Below, in pieces: positions 17,175 through 27,444 of a stretch of 36,372 nt of DNA. Position numbers and translations under genes: made by a program. The notes below the pieces were generated by a model, which saw only the letters and a program-made list of their open reading frames with translations, did not search any database and was not told the DNA's origin. The first letter of the stretch is position 1. Every line of letters begins with the position of its first letter. Source of the stretch: a virus. Its lineage: Duplodnaviria; Caudoviricetes. Location of the stretch: the IMG/VR virus record IMGVR_UViG_3300037195_002099, positions 1-36,372 of that record, one strand, 5' to 3'.

Positions 17175-18386
17175 ATGTTTAACCTGCAAGCTGAGCGGGA
17201 GCGTCGTAACGCGCTGGCAAAGGAAACCCGCAATTTGTTAGACCAAAATCCAGGCGCGTCCTGGACCGCAGATCATCAAAAGCAGTACGACGAGAAAGTA
17301 GCCGAGATCGAGCGAATCGATGACGGCATTGCTCGCCACCAAAAGTTGATGGATCTGACGGCTGAGGAAAATATTCGCGATGGTATTCGCGACGCTGTAG
17401 CGCCGGCCAATAAAGACCAGGCCGTCATGCTGTTTGACAAATGGTGCCGTGGTGGCGACAACGCTTTGACCGAGGACGAGTGGCGGGCGGTGCGTAACAC
17501 CATGTCAACTACGACAGATTCTGAGGGTGGCTATACCGTGCCTACTACGGTGGCGACTTCCATTCTGGACGCGCTCAAAGCCTATGGTGGTATGCGAGAG
17601 GTCGCAGAGGTGATTCGCACGGCAAGTGGGGAGGCGATGAATTTCCCGACGTCTGATGGCACGAGTGAAGAGGGCGAAATCGTTGGTGAGAACGTTGCAG
17701 CTACCGATGATGACATCGAGTTCAGTACCAAGGGTCTGGTTGTTTACAAGTACAGCTCAAAGGTTGTGACGGTGCCGTGGGAGCTGTTGCAGGACTCGAG
17801 CTCAGATATAGAAGGCTTTGTGCGCAATCGCTTGCAGCAACGTCTTGGTCGCATCACCAATAAGCATTTCACCATTGGCACGGGCACTAATCAGCCTACC
17901 GGATTGATGGTGGCGGCTGCAACCGGGAAAACCGGTGCTGTATCGGCTACGCCCGCCATCACCTACGACGATCTTGTTGATATTGAACATTCGGTGGATC
18001 CAGCCTATCGACGTAATGCCTCGTGGATGATGCACGATGACATGCTCAAGCTCATCCGCAAGGTTAAGGACAATGAAGGGCGTCCGATTTTTGTACCCGG
18101 TTACGACCAGGGCAATCCGGGCGGTGCTCCTGATCGCTTGCTGAATCGCGATATCTCGATTAATCAGGCGATGGCTTCACCCGCGCCTTCGGCCGATTCT
18201 TTGGCTTTCGGTGATTTCAGCTACTACAAAATCCGCGATGTTATGTCGATCACGTTGTTCCGCTTTACGGATTCCGCCTATACCAAAAAAGGGCAGGTCG
18301 GTTTTCTGGCCTGGATGCGCTCGGGCGGGAATCTGGTCGACGTGGGCGGTGCCGTGAAAACCTTCAAGCACGGCGCTGCAGCCTAA
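17175..18386 (+). CDS. Major capsid protein (HK97 fold)
   Basis: Coiled-coil delta domain, EGGYTVP, ELLQDS, GTGTNQPTG, FGDFSYY. Confidence 0.96.
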   Translation: MFNLQAERERRNALAKETRNLLDQNPGASWTADHQKQYDEKVAEIERIDDGIARHQKLMDLTAEENIRDGIRDAVAPANKDQAVMLFDKWCRGGDNALTEDEWRAVRNTMSTTTDSEGGYTVPTTVATSILDALKAYGGMREVAEVIRTASGEAMNFPTSDGTSEEGEIVGENVAATDDDIEFSTKGLVVYKYSSKVVTVPWELLQDSSSDIEGFVRNRLQQRLGRITNKHFTIGTGTNQPTGLMVAAATGKTGAVSATPAITYDDLVDIEHSVDPAYRRNASWMMHDDMLKLIRKVKDNEGRPIFVPGYDQGNPGGAPDRLLNRDISINQAMASPAPSADSLAFGDFSYYKIRDVMSITLFRFTDSAYTKKGQVGFLAWMRSGGNLVDVGGAVKTFKHGAAA

Positions 18387-18438
18387 CGTTTAAACACGGG
18401 CAGCTCAAAGGGGTTGCCCGTTTCACAGGAGCAATTTT

Positions 18439-18831
18439 ATGGCTAAGCCAAAAACACAAGATGTTCAGGATGCGGAGAATTTGAGCCCTGGTAAAGACAA
18501 TGAGCCGTTGACCAATCCCGATACCGGGCCGGCTGATGTTCAACAACCGGAACAGGAACTGGAAGGTGCATTGATTGGGGCCGGTGAAAATGAAAACGCG
18601 GCGGCCGGTGGCGATGGCGGCGAAACTTCTGCAGCCCAAACGAATGAGCCAGGGGACGCGAAAGATGGCGAGCCCGTTCAGCTCATTGAGTGTGCAGTTT
18701 TGCTGGATTGTATCTACGGCAAACATGACGACATCATTCAGCTTACGCCCGATCAGGCCGATGCGGCAAAGGCGGGCGGCTATGTGGATACACACCCTAA
18801 CGCCATCGCGGCCATTCGACGGAGTGAATGA
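18439..18831 (+). CDS. Hypothetical acidic head-associated protein
   Basis: AGGAG RBS; between capsid and connector genes. Confidence 0.7.
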   Translation: MAKPKTQDVQDAENLSPGKDNEPLTNPDTGPADVQQPEQELEGALIGAGENENAAAGGDGGETSAAQTNEPGDAKDGEPVQLIECAVLLDCIYGKHDDIIQLTPDQADAAKAGGYVDTHPNAIAAIRRSE

Positions 18832-19253
18832 TGTATCGGCGCGTCAGCCAGAATGATCCGACCGAGCCATTAACGCTGGCTGAGGTCAAGCAAATGTTGC
18901 GGATCGATGAGGATGAGTTCGATACGCAGTTGCCCTTGCTTATGGCCGCAGCCCGCGAAGTGGTGGAGCAGCAAACTGGCTGGGCGCTGGTTAAAGCTGA
19001 TTATGAATGGACACCGGTTGGTGAACGTCGTGAGCCGTTGCCTTTATGGCCGGCCACTGTGACCAGCGCTGATACGGACTACCCCATTCTGTTTACGACT
19101 GAGGCAGCGCCGGCGCCGGCGGCGTTAAAGGTTGCAATCGTGCTTTTGGTTGGTGAGGTTCTTAAGAATCCTGAAGCGGTTATTACTGACGACATGATTG
19201 AGAACCCGGCCTTTCAGCGATTGGTGTTCCCTCATCGACGGATGGATCTGTGA
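18828..19253 (+). CDS. Head-tail connector (gp6-like)
   Basis: EPLTLAEVKQMLRID...AAREVVE...PAALKVAIVLLV. Confidence 0.88.
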   Translation: MMYRRVSQNDPTEPLTLAEVKQMLRIDEDEFDTQLPLLMAAAREVVEQQTGWALVKADYEWTPVGERREPLPLWPATVTSADTDYPILFTTEAAPAPAALKVAIVLLVGEVLKNPEAVITDDMIENPAFQRLVFPHRRMDL

Positions 19254-19627
19254 TGGCGAAAGTTGATTTTCCTTTCCCTAGCGCGGGAAAGCTCAATAAA
19301 CGCGTGCAAATCAGGTTACGTCAGGATATCCCCGTGGGTCTGTCGTCCATACAAGAGCAGCATCCGTATGTGTTTACGCGCTGGGCGAGCCTTGTCCCTG
19401 TAGGAACCGCTGTATGGGCGGCGTCGGTTCAAACTGATGAGGTCGTGACTCATCGTTGCCTTATCCGCTACATGGACGGCATCACTGACCAACACGAGAT
19501 TGTTCATAGCGCACGGGTGTATCGGGTGCGTCGTTGTGCGCCGCTGCAAGGGGAGCGCAGATTTTTGGTGCTGGAACTGGAAGAGCTGGGTGATGAGACC
19601 GCGCTGGTCGGGCAAGAGGGGGATTAA
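19250..19627 (+). CDS. Head closure / head-tail adaptor protein
   Basis: AGKLNKRVQI...WASL...THRCLIRY. Confidence 0.85.
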   Translation: MMAKVDFPFPSAGKLNKRVQIRLRQDIPVGLSSIQEQHPYVFTRWASLVPVGTAVWAASVQTDEVVTHRCLIRYMDGITDQHEIVHSARVYRVRRCAPLQGERRFLVLELEELGDETALVGQEGD

Positions 19628-20061
19628 TGAGAGCGTCAGTTATGCAAGCGTCCCTGCAGTTAGAGGGTTTCTCGAATATTGGGTTGATGCAGTTCAAACG
19701 CGGGCCGATGCGTCGGGCGTTTCGCTCCGCCGGCCGTTCGGTCGCCAAAGCCTCTCGCAAGAAGATCAACTCCAAGGTTGGTCGAGGTAGCTACCCCGCC
19801 AAACGAACCGGCAGGATGGCGAAGTCTTTGCAGGTGAAATTGGGTTCGAAAGGGATGTACGCCAAAGTGCAGCACGCCATGCCTTCGCCACCCAGCAAAT
19901 GGTCAAAGGATCCTCGCGGCGAGGCATTCTACCCAGCATTCTTGCACCGGGGTACTTCGCGCATTAGTTCGCGTGGAAACTGGATAGCCGATGCGTTGCA
20001 GGAACAGGCAGGGGATATCCGCCGCCAGCTGCGCAATGCCTTGAATGAGGCGCTGAAATGA
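19627..20061 (+). CDS. Neck protein (HK97 gp10-like)
   Basis: Basic protein with PAKRTGRMAKSL and FYPAFLHRGT. Confidence 0.75.
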   Translation: MRASVMQASLQLEGFSNIGLMQFKRGPMRRAFRSAGRSVAKASRKKINSKVGRGSYPAKRTGRMAKSLQVKLGSKGMYAKVQHAMPSPPSKWSKDPRGEAFYPAFLHRGTSRISSRGNWIADALQEQAGDIRRQLRNALNEALK

Positions 20062-20663
20062 AACTCTCCGGCATTGTGGCGCACTTGCGTCAGTACTGCC
20101 CAACAGTGAACCAGCGCGTGGCGGTGGCGGTCGAGTTCGAGCCTGATCGAGGGCAAGTGAATTTGACGGTACCGGCGTTGGTGGTGCTGCCTGCCGATGA
20201 TGATGCCGAGCCTTCCACAACCGATAACGTCACGGTTCAGTCGGTGATGGATCGATTCATGGTGGTGATGTTGCTGGCCTCCGCCGATCCAAAGCGAGGT
20301 GCCGTGACCGCTGATGTCCTGCACGCGTTGCGGGCCGAGGTGTGGCGTGCCCTGATTGGTTGGACACCGGGCAACGGCTACGAACCGATTCAATACGAAA
20401 GCGGTGAAGTGATCGCCATGAATAAATCGATCACTTACTACGGCATGACTTTTGGCGCCGAGTTAACCGTTGGGCATTACAACGGCCTTCCAGACGGCGC
20501 AGTGCCGGAAACCTGGCAGGAATATGAACTGGCGAATCTGCCGCCATTGGAGGGGCTGGATATCGAAGTTGATGTCATTGACCCGATTGCTGACCCGAAT
20601 TTACAAAAACCCGGCCCGGATGGTCGGATTGAGTTTCAACAACACGAGGACCTTACACCATGA
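20058..20663 (+). CDS. Tail terminator-like protein
   Basis: Position before DUF2635 and sheath; LRAEVWRALIGWTP, PGPDGRIE. Confidence 0.75.
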   Translation: MKLSGIVAHLRQYCPTVNQRVAVAVEFEPDRGQVNLTVPALVVLPADDDAEPSTTDNVTVQSVMDRFMVVMLLASADPKRGAVTADVLHALRAEVWRALIGWTPGNGYEPIQYESGEVIAMNKSITYYGMTFGAELTVGHYNGLPDGAVPETWQEYELANLPPLEGLDIEVDVIDPIADPNLQKPGPDGRIEFQQHEDLTP

Positions 20664-20845
20664 CAAAGATGCATGTGGTACCAGTGGCGGGCCGTTCAGT
20701 GCCTGATCCGGAGTTGGGTGCGCTACTTTCCCCCGAGGGGCGGGTGGTGTTCAAAAATCAATATTGGATGCGCCGCCTGGCTGATGGCGACGTGGTTATC
20801 AAAGAGGCTGCGCCTGTTCAGGTTGCAGCCAAGAAGGAGCGCTAA
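20660..20845 (+). CDS. DUF2635 (Mu gp38-like) protein
   Basis: VVPVAGRSVPDP...YWMRRLADGDV. Confidence 0.85.
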   Translation: MTKMHVVPVAGRSVPDPELGALLSPEGRVVFKNQYWMRRLADGDVVIKEAAPVQVAAKKER

Positions 20846-20847
20846 TT

Positions 20848-22344
20848 ATGCCGGTAAGCATGAATCAAATCCCGAGCGATCTTCGGGTTCCGCTGTTCTA
20901 TGCGGAAATGGACAATAGCCAGGCCAATAGTGGCGCAACGCAACTACGTCGACTTTTGATTGGCTTGGCTAACGACGATGTGACGGTGGACACTGAATTG
21001 CTGCTGCCAGCCTCCTCGAGCGAGGTGAGTGTGTTGGCCGGGCCCGGATCCATGTTGCACGAAATGCACGTGGTGCATCGTCGCGTTGATCCAATGGGTG
21101 AAACGTGGGTGTTGCCGTTAAAAATAACTGCGGGCACCAAGGCGTCGGGCACGTTCTCCTTATCGGGTACAGCTTCGGCAGCCGGTGTGCTTTCTGTCTA
21201 CATCGGTGATGCCAAGGTTGCTGTTTCGGTGGCCAATAGCCAATCGGCTGAAGACGTGGCCACGGCGCTTGTCAATGCAATTAACGCTGCTACCTTGCCG
21301 GTAACGGCCAGTGCGTCGGTAGCGGTGGTCACTGTGACGGCTAAGTTCTCGGGTGAACTTGGGAACGACTTACGTCTTGCCGTCAATTTGCGTGGCTCTG
21401 CCGGCGGCGAAGTGCTGCCGGGCGGAATAATGGTCAGTGTTACGCAAATGAGCGGTGGCGTTGGTGTACCTGATCTGGATGCGGCTTTAGCGGTATTGGG
21501 TGATGAACCATTTGAGTTTATTACGCACCCGTTTACGGATTCGGCGGCCCTAAGCAGCTTTCAGGCCTTGATGGATGACACTTCCGGACGCTGGGCGTGG
21601 CTTAAGAAAATTTACGGCCATGTATATAGCGCCCGGCGCGGTACCTTAGGTGAGCTTGTCACGTTTGGGCGTGGCGCGACCAACGATCAACACATGACGG
21701 TCGTGGCGGTTGAGCCTGAGGTGCCCACTTCCGTTTGGCGCTGGGCAGCTGACTTTGCTGGACGCACCGCCGTCTTTATCGCGGCTGATCCAGCACGGCC
21801 AACTCAAACCGGTGCGTTGCCCAGTTGCATGCCCGCGCCCGAAGGAAAACGATTCGGCTTACTCGAGAACAACTCGCTTCTTTGGGCGGGTATGGCAACA
21901 ACCTATTATGAGGGTGGCTCGGTGCGAATCCAGCGTGCGGTCACCTTGTATCAGGAGAACAGCTTTGGCCAACCGGACGATAGCTACCTGGATAGTGAAA
22001 CGATGCATCAGTCGGCTGCGATCTTGCGGCGCCTGGAAGCGGTTATTACCAGCAAATTTGCACGCCACAAACTGGCCAATGACGGTACCCGCTTCGGGCC
22101 CGGCCAAGCCATTGTGACGCCCAAAACGATTCGTGGTGAGCTGATTGCCGAGTATGAGTCCATGGAGCGTGTGGGTTTGGTTGAGAATCTGTCGACCTTT
22201 GCTCAGTACTTGATTGTCGAGCGCGATGAAATTAATCCGAATCGGGTCAATGTTCTGTTCCCGCCTGATTATGTTAACCAGCTCCGGATCGTTGCTTTGC
22301 GCAATGAGTTCCGATTGCAGTACTCAGCCGAAATGAGCGCTTAA
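20848..22344 (+). CDS. Contractile tail sheath (Mu gpL-like)
   Basis: IPSDLRVPLFYAEMDNS, DPARP, DDSYLDSET, NPNRVNVLFPPDYVNQL. Confidence 0.96.
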   Translation: MPVSMNQIPSDLRVPLFYAEMDNSQANSGATQLRRLLIGLANDDVTVDTELLLPASSSEVSVLAGPGSMLHEMHVVHRRVDPMGETWVLPLKITAGTKASGTFSLSGTASAAGVLSVYIGDAKVAVSVANSQSAEDVATALVNAINAATLPVTASASVAVVTVTAKFSGELGNDLRLAVNLRGSAGGEVLPGGIMVSVTQMSGGVGVPDLDAALAVLGDEPFEFITHPFTDSAALSSFQALMDDTSGRWAWLKKIYGHVYSARRGTLGELVTFGRGATNDQHMTVVAVEPEVPTSVWRWAADFAGRTAVFIAADPARPTQTGALPSCMPAPEGKRFGLLENNSLLWAGMATTYYEGGSVRIQRAVTLYQENSFGQPDDSYLDSETMHQSAAILRRLEAVITSKFARHKLANDGTRFGPGQAIVTPKTIRGELIAEYESMERVGLVENLSTFAQYLIVERDEINPNRVNVLFPPDYVNQLRIVALRNEFRLQYSAEMSA

Positions 22345-22380
22345 TTCGCGGCTGCACAAACATTAGTTTTAAGTCAACAC

Positions 22381-22407
22381 TGGCCCGCTGTAACGCGGGC
22401 CATTTTT
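22381..22407 (+). terminator. Terminator-like hairpin between sheath and tube genes
   Basis: TGGCCCGC-tgtaac-GCGGGCCA-TTTTT. Confidence 0.55.
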
Positions 22408-22420
22408 CATGGAGCTGGAT

Positions 22421-22774
22421 ATGGGCCAGAAAGTCGCAGGAACCGTATACGTAAAAGTGGACGGTCGACAGCTTGTTACGACCGGCGGGGCAGAGTGCCC
22501 GGTAACGGAGGTAACGCGGGAAACCATCGAAGGTGCGCCGGGATACTTTTCCGAACAGGACCGCGCGCCGTATGTGAACGTGGATGTTGTGCATACCGCC
22601 GACTTTCCGCTTGAGGTGATCGCCCAGGGTACGGACATGACCGTTCAGGTGGAGTTTCGTAACGGGAAAACCTATGTATTGACCGGTGCCTACTTGGTGG
22701 GTGAGCCGGCCAGTACCGGAGACGACGGAAAGATCACGCTTGAATTCAACGGCGTGAAAGGGATTTGGCAATGA
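22421..22774 (+). CDS. Tail tube protein (Mu gpM-like)
   Basis: KVAGTVYVKVDG...EFRNGKTYVL..A...LEFNG. Confidence 0.92.
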   Translation: MGQKVAGTVYVKVDGRQLVTTGGAECPVTEVTRETIEGAPGYFSEQDRAPYVNVDVVHTADFPLEVIAQGTDMTVQVEFRNGKTYVLTGAYLVGEPASTGDDGKITLEFNGVKGIWQ

Positions 22775-23085
22775 GCGAACCGTTAATCGTTTTGGATTTG
22801 CCAAAGCCAATTCAGGCATACGGCAAAGAGATGACACAAATTATCTTGCGTGAGCCCACAGTGGCCGATGCTCGGGCATTGAAGTCATTGCCTTATAGCT
22901 TCGGTGAGGATGGTGTGCCGCGCCCACTGCTTGATATCTGTGCCCGATACATTGCCCGCCTGGGCGAGGTGCCTGAGTCGGCGATTGATCAGATTGGCAT
23001 GCGGGAGTTTCACGCACTGGCCTGGACGGTCGTGGGTTTTTTTATCAATCAGGAATCGGTGCAGGAAGTAGCGCCGACAGCCTGA
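22771..23085 (+). CDS. Tail assembly chaperone (gpG/gpE-like)
   Basis: LPKPI...LREPTVAD; between tube and tape measure; slippery GGGTTTTTTT near its end. Confidence 0.88.
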   Translation: MSEPLIVLDLPKPIQAYGKEMTQIILREPTVADARALKSLPYSFGEDGVPRPLLDICARYIARLGEVPESAIDQIGMREFHALAWTVVGFFINQESVQEVAPTA

Positions 23086-23213
23086 TTGATTACGCCTACT
23101 CGGCCGCTTACTTCTGGCGCCTGGATCCATTTGAAGTGATGAACCGACCGCTTTCAGATTTGGTGGAAATGACGCGTCAGGCGCACCGTCTTCATAAAGA
23201 AATGAGGGAATGA
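23034..23213 (+). other. -1 frameshift site and extension of the tail chaperone (GT/E'-like)
   Basis: G-GGT-TTT-TTT at 23034-23043; -1 frame open to TGA at 23213 (..AYFWRLDPFEVMNRPLSDL..). Confidence 0.75.
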
Positions 23214-23214
23214 C

Positions 23215-25038
23215 ATGGCACGCGAGTTTCAGCTGAAAGCCCTCATTACGGGCGTCGATAAGCTTTCACCGACGCTTAAGAAGGCGCGTACCAATGCAAT
23301 GAACTTTCGGCGCGGCTTGCTTAATAGCGGGCTGGGTAAGCCAATTAGCCTCACTGATATTATCCAGGGCGGCGTGCTGGCTGCGCCATTCGTTGCTGCA
23401 ACCCGGGCGGCGATGGACCTGGAATCGGCGATGGCCGATGTGCGTAAAGTCGTTGATTTTGATACGCCGGAGCAGTTTGCTCAAATGGGGCGTGACATTA
23501 CGCGTATGTCTACCAAGCTGCCGATGGCGGCAAACGATATTGCGGCTATTGTGGCCGCCGGCGGGCAGGCCGGCATTGCGCGTCAGGATCTTCAGCGCTT
23601 TGCCGAGGATGCCGTAAAGATGGGTGTGGCATTTGACCAGACTGCGCAAGAGTCGGGCGACATGATGGCCAAATGGCGCACATCGTTCGGAATGGGGCAG
23701 GCTGAGGTGGTGGCGTTGGCCGACAAAATTAATTATTTGTCGAACAACGGTGCTGCAACGGCAAAACAGATTAGTGCGATTGTGACGCGCATCGGCCCGC
23801 TGGGCGAGGTCGCGGGATTGGCGGCCGGTGAAATTGCAGCGATGGGTTCAACAATGGCCGGTGTGGGCGTGAACCAGGAACGCGCTGCGACCGGCATGCA
23901 AAATTTCATGCTTGCTTTGACAGCCGGCGATGCCGCAACTAAAAAGCAACGGATAATGTTTAAGGCGTTGCGCATGAATGCGGCTCAAGTTGCCGAGGGC
24001 ATGCAAAAGGATGCCAAGGGCACCATGATTAAGGTTCTGCAGGCGATCAGCCAGGTGGATCCATCAAAGCAAACCGGTGTCCTGCAGGAACTCTTTGGTC
24101 GCGAATCGATTGCCGCGATTGCACCATTGCTAACAAATCTGGATCTCTTGCAAAAGAACTTCAACCTGGTGGCCGATTCCAATCAGTACACCGGTTCGAT
24201 GATGAAAGAGTTCGAAGCGCGATCCAAAACGACAGCGAACTCAGTTCAATTGTTGTGGAACCGTATTACAGGGTTGGGTGTTGCGGTGGGTAATGTACTG
24301 CTACCGCCACTGAATTCGTTCTTGGCTTACATAGGGCCGATCATCGACCAGGTTGCTATTTTGGCGCAAGCAAATCCCTGGCTGATTAAGGGCTTACTTG
24401 GCGCCGCAGCTGCCTTTGTTGGGCTCCGGGTGGCTGTAGCTGGCGTTACTTGGGGCATCAAGATTATGTCCGGTGTCATGAGTATGTCGCCTGTTGGCAT
24501 GCTGATACGAGGTATTGCCCTGGCTGCGGGGTTCCTGATCGCCAATTGGGACACGGTCGGCCCTTGGTTCAAAGATCTGTGGGAAAAGGTCAAAGCGCCG
24601 GCGCTGGCTGTCTGGACGTGGTTAAAAGACGTTTTCCTGAATTGGACGCCGCTAGGCTTGGTTATTAAGAACTGGGAGCCGATTGTGGCGTGGTTTAAAG
24701 ATCTTTGGGACAGAGTCTCAAAGTTCATCGATCCGATCATGAAGGGCGTCGATGCGGCTAAAAACGCGGCTTCGTCTGTGGGTGACGCAGCTTCTAATGC
24801 CTGGTCAGGCGGTGTGGGGTGGTTTAAGGACACACTAGGTTTTGGCGACGAGGAGCCTGCTGCTGCGATTACCCAGGCACCTGTTTCAGGCGAATCTAAG
24901 GCAAGTTTGGATGGCCAGTTGACGGTAAGTTTCATTGGGGCCCCACCTGGTACAAGAGTTGATGAAATGCGTACGAATCAGCCTGGCTTAAGGGTCAAAC
25001 AAGAAGTAGGCATGCGGTCGCTGGCAGGAGCAGGCTAA
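23215..25038 (+). CDS. Tape measure protein (TP901-type core)
   Basis: ESAMADVRKVVDF core, Ala-rich, Trp-periodic C-terminal repeats. Confidence 0.95.
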   Translation: MAREFQLKALITGVDKLSPTLKKARTNAMNFRRGLLNSGLGKPISLTDIIQGGVLAAPFVAATRAAMDLESAMADVRKVVDFDTPEQFAQMGRDITRMSTKLPMAANDIAAIVAAGGQAGIARQDLQRFAEDAVKMGVAFDQTAQESGDMMAKWRTSFGMGQAEVVALADKINYLSNNGAATAKQISAIVTRIGPLGEVAGLAAGEIAAMGSTMAGVGVNQERAATGMQNFMLALTAGDAATKKQRIMFKALRMNAAQVAEGMQKDAKGTMIKVLQAISQVDPSKQTGVLQELFGRESIAAIAPLLTNLDLLQKNFNLVADSNQYTGSMMKEFEARSKTTANSVQLLWNRITGLGVAVGNVLLPPLNSFLAYIGPIIDQVAILAQANPWLIKGLLGAAAAFVGLRVAVAGVTWGIKIMSGVMSMSPVGMLIRGIALAAGFLIANWDTVGPWFKDLWEKVKAPALAVWTWLKDVFLNWTPLGLVIKNWEPIVAWFKDLWDRVSKFIDPIMKGVDAAKNAASSVGDAASNAWSGGVGWFKDTLGFGDEEPAAAITQAPVSGESKASLDGQLTVSFIGAPPGTRVDEMRTNQPGLRVKQEVGMRSLAGAG

Positions 25039-26339
25039 TGAGTTGGAAAGAAAAGCGCTTACCCGCCTCCTTTCGCGGCGTGCCGTTTGAGGTAGTTCGA
25101 GACTCTCAGCCAGCTGGCCAAAGAACGCAGGTTCATGAATACCCACAACGCGATAAGCCCTATGTTGAGGCGCTGGGTAAACGCACGAATGAGATCAAGA
25201 TTACTGCTTTTGTTGCAGGTAACGATTGCATTGAGCAGCGTGATCGATTGCTTGAAGCGATTGAACAAACCGGCTCTGGGGAGTTGGTCCACCCGTGGTT
25301 GGGAAGCCTGACAGTTAGTTGTACCGATTGCAATTACTCGCACGATCGTTCGGCACAAGGCGTTGTTCGATTCGAGCTCACATTTGTGGAGGGCGAGTCG
25401 GAGCCGTCGTATCCGGTCGCAGGCGTGGACGCGGCTAACGCTCTTAATAGTTCGGCTGAGGATATCCAGGCATCCGCACTGGAGCGCTTTACCGGCTCGC
25501 TGGATTCAATTGATTTGTCGCAGATTAATGCGGAGGCGGTGCTTAATCCCGTGCGTCAGGTGTTAACCGTTGTGGAAGATGTTTATGGCGGGGCGCTGGG
25601 TGTGTTGGGTTCAGCGCAGGGCGTAATTGAGTCAGTGATGGCAAGTCCGGCTAACTTTGCTCAATCGGTGTTTGGGGTTATCACTGACGTGAGCTCGACG
25701 TTCTCTGGCTTTTATTCGCGTGCTCGCGGTGCGACATCCTTGTTTGGTTTATCAAATCGCACCGAAGGTATGCAGCGCTTGCAGGGCACGCTCATGCCGT
25801 CGGGCAATGCTAATCGTGTCTTTGCCTCGGCAATTCGTTCCTTGGTGCAGGATGCGGTGGCGGCTGATGTGGTGCGGGGTGTTGCGACGTTGCCGATTAA
25901 ACCGGTGTCTGTTGAGCGTGCCGGCGCCGTGGTGCTCAATGCGATGCCGCAACAGAGTGTGTCGGTCGATTCAGGCTCACTTGGCCAAGTCGTTGATGGC
26001 TTGGTTGGGGTTGATCGTGTTCAACCCCCTGTGGCTAATGATGTACTAAGTGTTCGAGATGGTGTGTCGGAGTCGCTGTGGTCTTTGGCCGAGCAGTCAC
26101 CTGCGTCGCATTATGAGGTTTTGGCTCAGGCGCGTGTGGCTGCGACACGTCATTTGGTCGCGGTTGCAAAACAGGGTGCCGCCCTTACTCGTTACGACAA
26201 TCCTGCACCGGCACCGGCGTTGGTGCTTGCCTACCGACGTTTTGGAGATGCGGCACGGGTCGGTGACATTGTGGCGAGAAATGCCGTTAGTCATCCTGGT
26301 TTTGTGCCGGCGCGAACACTGATGGTTCCAAGGGGTTGA
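25038..26339 (+). CDS. DNA circularization protein (Mu gpN-like)
   Basis: ASFRGVPF, HEYPQRD.PYVE.LG, GELVHPWLG, HPGFVP. Confidence 0.93.
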   Translation: MSWKEKRLPASFRGVPFEVVRDSQPAGQRTQVHEYPQRDKPYVEALGKRTNEIKITAFVAGNDCIEQRDRLLEAIEQTGSGELVHPWLGSLTVSCTDCNYSHDRSAQGVVRFELTFVEGESEPSYPVAGVDAANALNSSAEDIQASALERFTGSLDSIDLSQINAEAVLNPVRQVLTVVEDVYGGALGVLGSAQGVIESVMASPANFAQSVFGVITDVSSTFSGFYSRARGATSLFGLSNRTEGMQRLQGTLMPSGNANRVFASAIRSLVQDAVAADVVRGVATLPIKPVSVERAGAVVLNAMPQQSVSVDSGSLGQVVDGLVGVDRVQPPVANDVLSVRDGVSESLWSLAEQSPASHYEVLAQARVAATRHLVAVAKQGAALTRYDNPAPAPALVLAYRRFGDAARVGDIVARNAVSHPGFVPARTLMVPRG

Positions 26340-26340
26340 C

Positions 26341-27444
26341 GTGGCGGACGAAGATGTAAACCACGTCACCTTGGCGGTTGACGGTATGGAGTACGGCGGC
26401 TGGAAGTCGGTAGAGATATCTGCAGGTATCGAGCGTCAAGCTCGCGATTTCACACTGGGTATCAGTTGGCGCTGGCCGGGTAGTGGTGAGTCGCCGACGC
26501 GCATTCGTCACGGCTCGCGCTGCGAAATACGTATTGGCGGCGATTTGGTGTTAACCGGATACGTGTATGCAACGCCGGTAACGTATGACGCGCGTCAAGT
26601 GACGGTCGGGGTGGCGGGCCGTTCTTTGCCTTCGGATTTGGTTGATTGCAGCGCTGCTCGTGGTCAGTGGCGTGGGCAGTCGGTTGCCAGCATCGTAACT
26701 GCGCTGGCTAAGCCCTATGGGTTATCCGTTTTTGATCAAAGCAGCGACAAACTAATTGTTGCCGATCATCAAACCGAACCGGGCGAAACAGTCTTTGCAT
26801 CAATTGATCGATTGCTCGATATGTCGGCACTGTTATCCACAGACGATGAGATGGGTCGAGTCGTGATTGCTGGCCTAGGCGCAGCCGGTCAGACAGCCGA
26901 TGCGCTCGAACTGGGCGTCAATGTACTGAGTTGTTCTGCGCCACTTGATTTTTCCGGCGTGTTTTCCGAATACGAGTGCCTTGGCCAGCAAGCAGGTGAT
27001 GACGAAGTTTTTGGCGCTGATGTGGCTGAGGTGCAAGGTTCAGTCTCCGATAGCCGTGTTACGCGTTACCGAAATTTGACTGTACAGCCGCAGGGGCAGA
27101 TTACCCCGGCGATGGCTGCGAAACGGGCGACCTGGGAGCGGGAAAGCCGGATGGGCAAGGCGCTGTCTGTTGATTATGAGGTTCAGGGTTGGCGACAAAG
27201 TAATGGTCGGCTTTGGCAGCCTAACGCTTTTGTGCGTGTACGCGATTCGATGGTCGGGTTTGATCGCGACATGCTCATTGGGTCGGTGACGTATCTGCTG
27301 GATGAGCGTGGGATGCGTACACGGCTCACCGTTGCACCGCCGGGCGCGTATTCGCCGGAACCAAAGCCACCCAAAAAGAGTGATAGCGGCAAGGGCGGCG
27401 ATTCCTTTGCGTACCTTTTACCTGCTGATTGGGATAAATCGTAA
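26341..27444 (+). CDS. Baseplate hub (Mu gp44/gpP-like)
   Basis: YGGWKSVEISAGIERQARDF, DLVDCS, VQGWRQSNGRLWQPN. Confidence 0.92.
   Translation: MADEDVNHVTLAVDGMEYGGWKSVEISAGIERQARDFTLGISWRWPGSGESPTRIRHGSRCEIRIGGDLVLTGYVYATPVTYDARQVTVGVAGRSLPSDLVDCSAARGQWRGQSVASIVTALAKPYGLSVFDQSSDKLIVADHQTEPGETVFASIDRLLDMSALLSTDDEMGRVVIAGLGAAGQTADALELGVNVLSCSAPLDFSGVFSEYECLGQQAGDDEVFGADVAEVQGSVSDSRVTRYRNLTVQPQGQITPAMAAKRATWERESRMGKALSVDYEVQGWRQSNGRLWQPNAFVRVRDSMVGFDRDMLIGSVTYLLDERGMRTRLTVAPPGAYSPEPKPPKKSDSGKGGDSFAYLLPADWDKS

Noticed and set aside
13202-17233. Long antisense ORFs over terminase, portal and protease (272, 187, 331 aa)
   Set aside because: Shadow ORFs of GC-rich coding sequence with no recognisable motifs
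24540-24850. Trp-periodic repeats in the tape measure gene
   Set aside because: Ordinary tape-measure repeat structure
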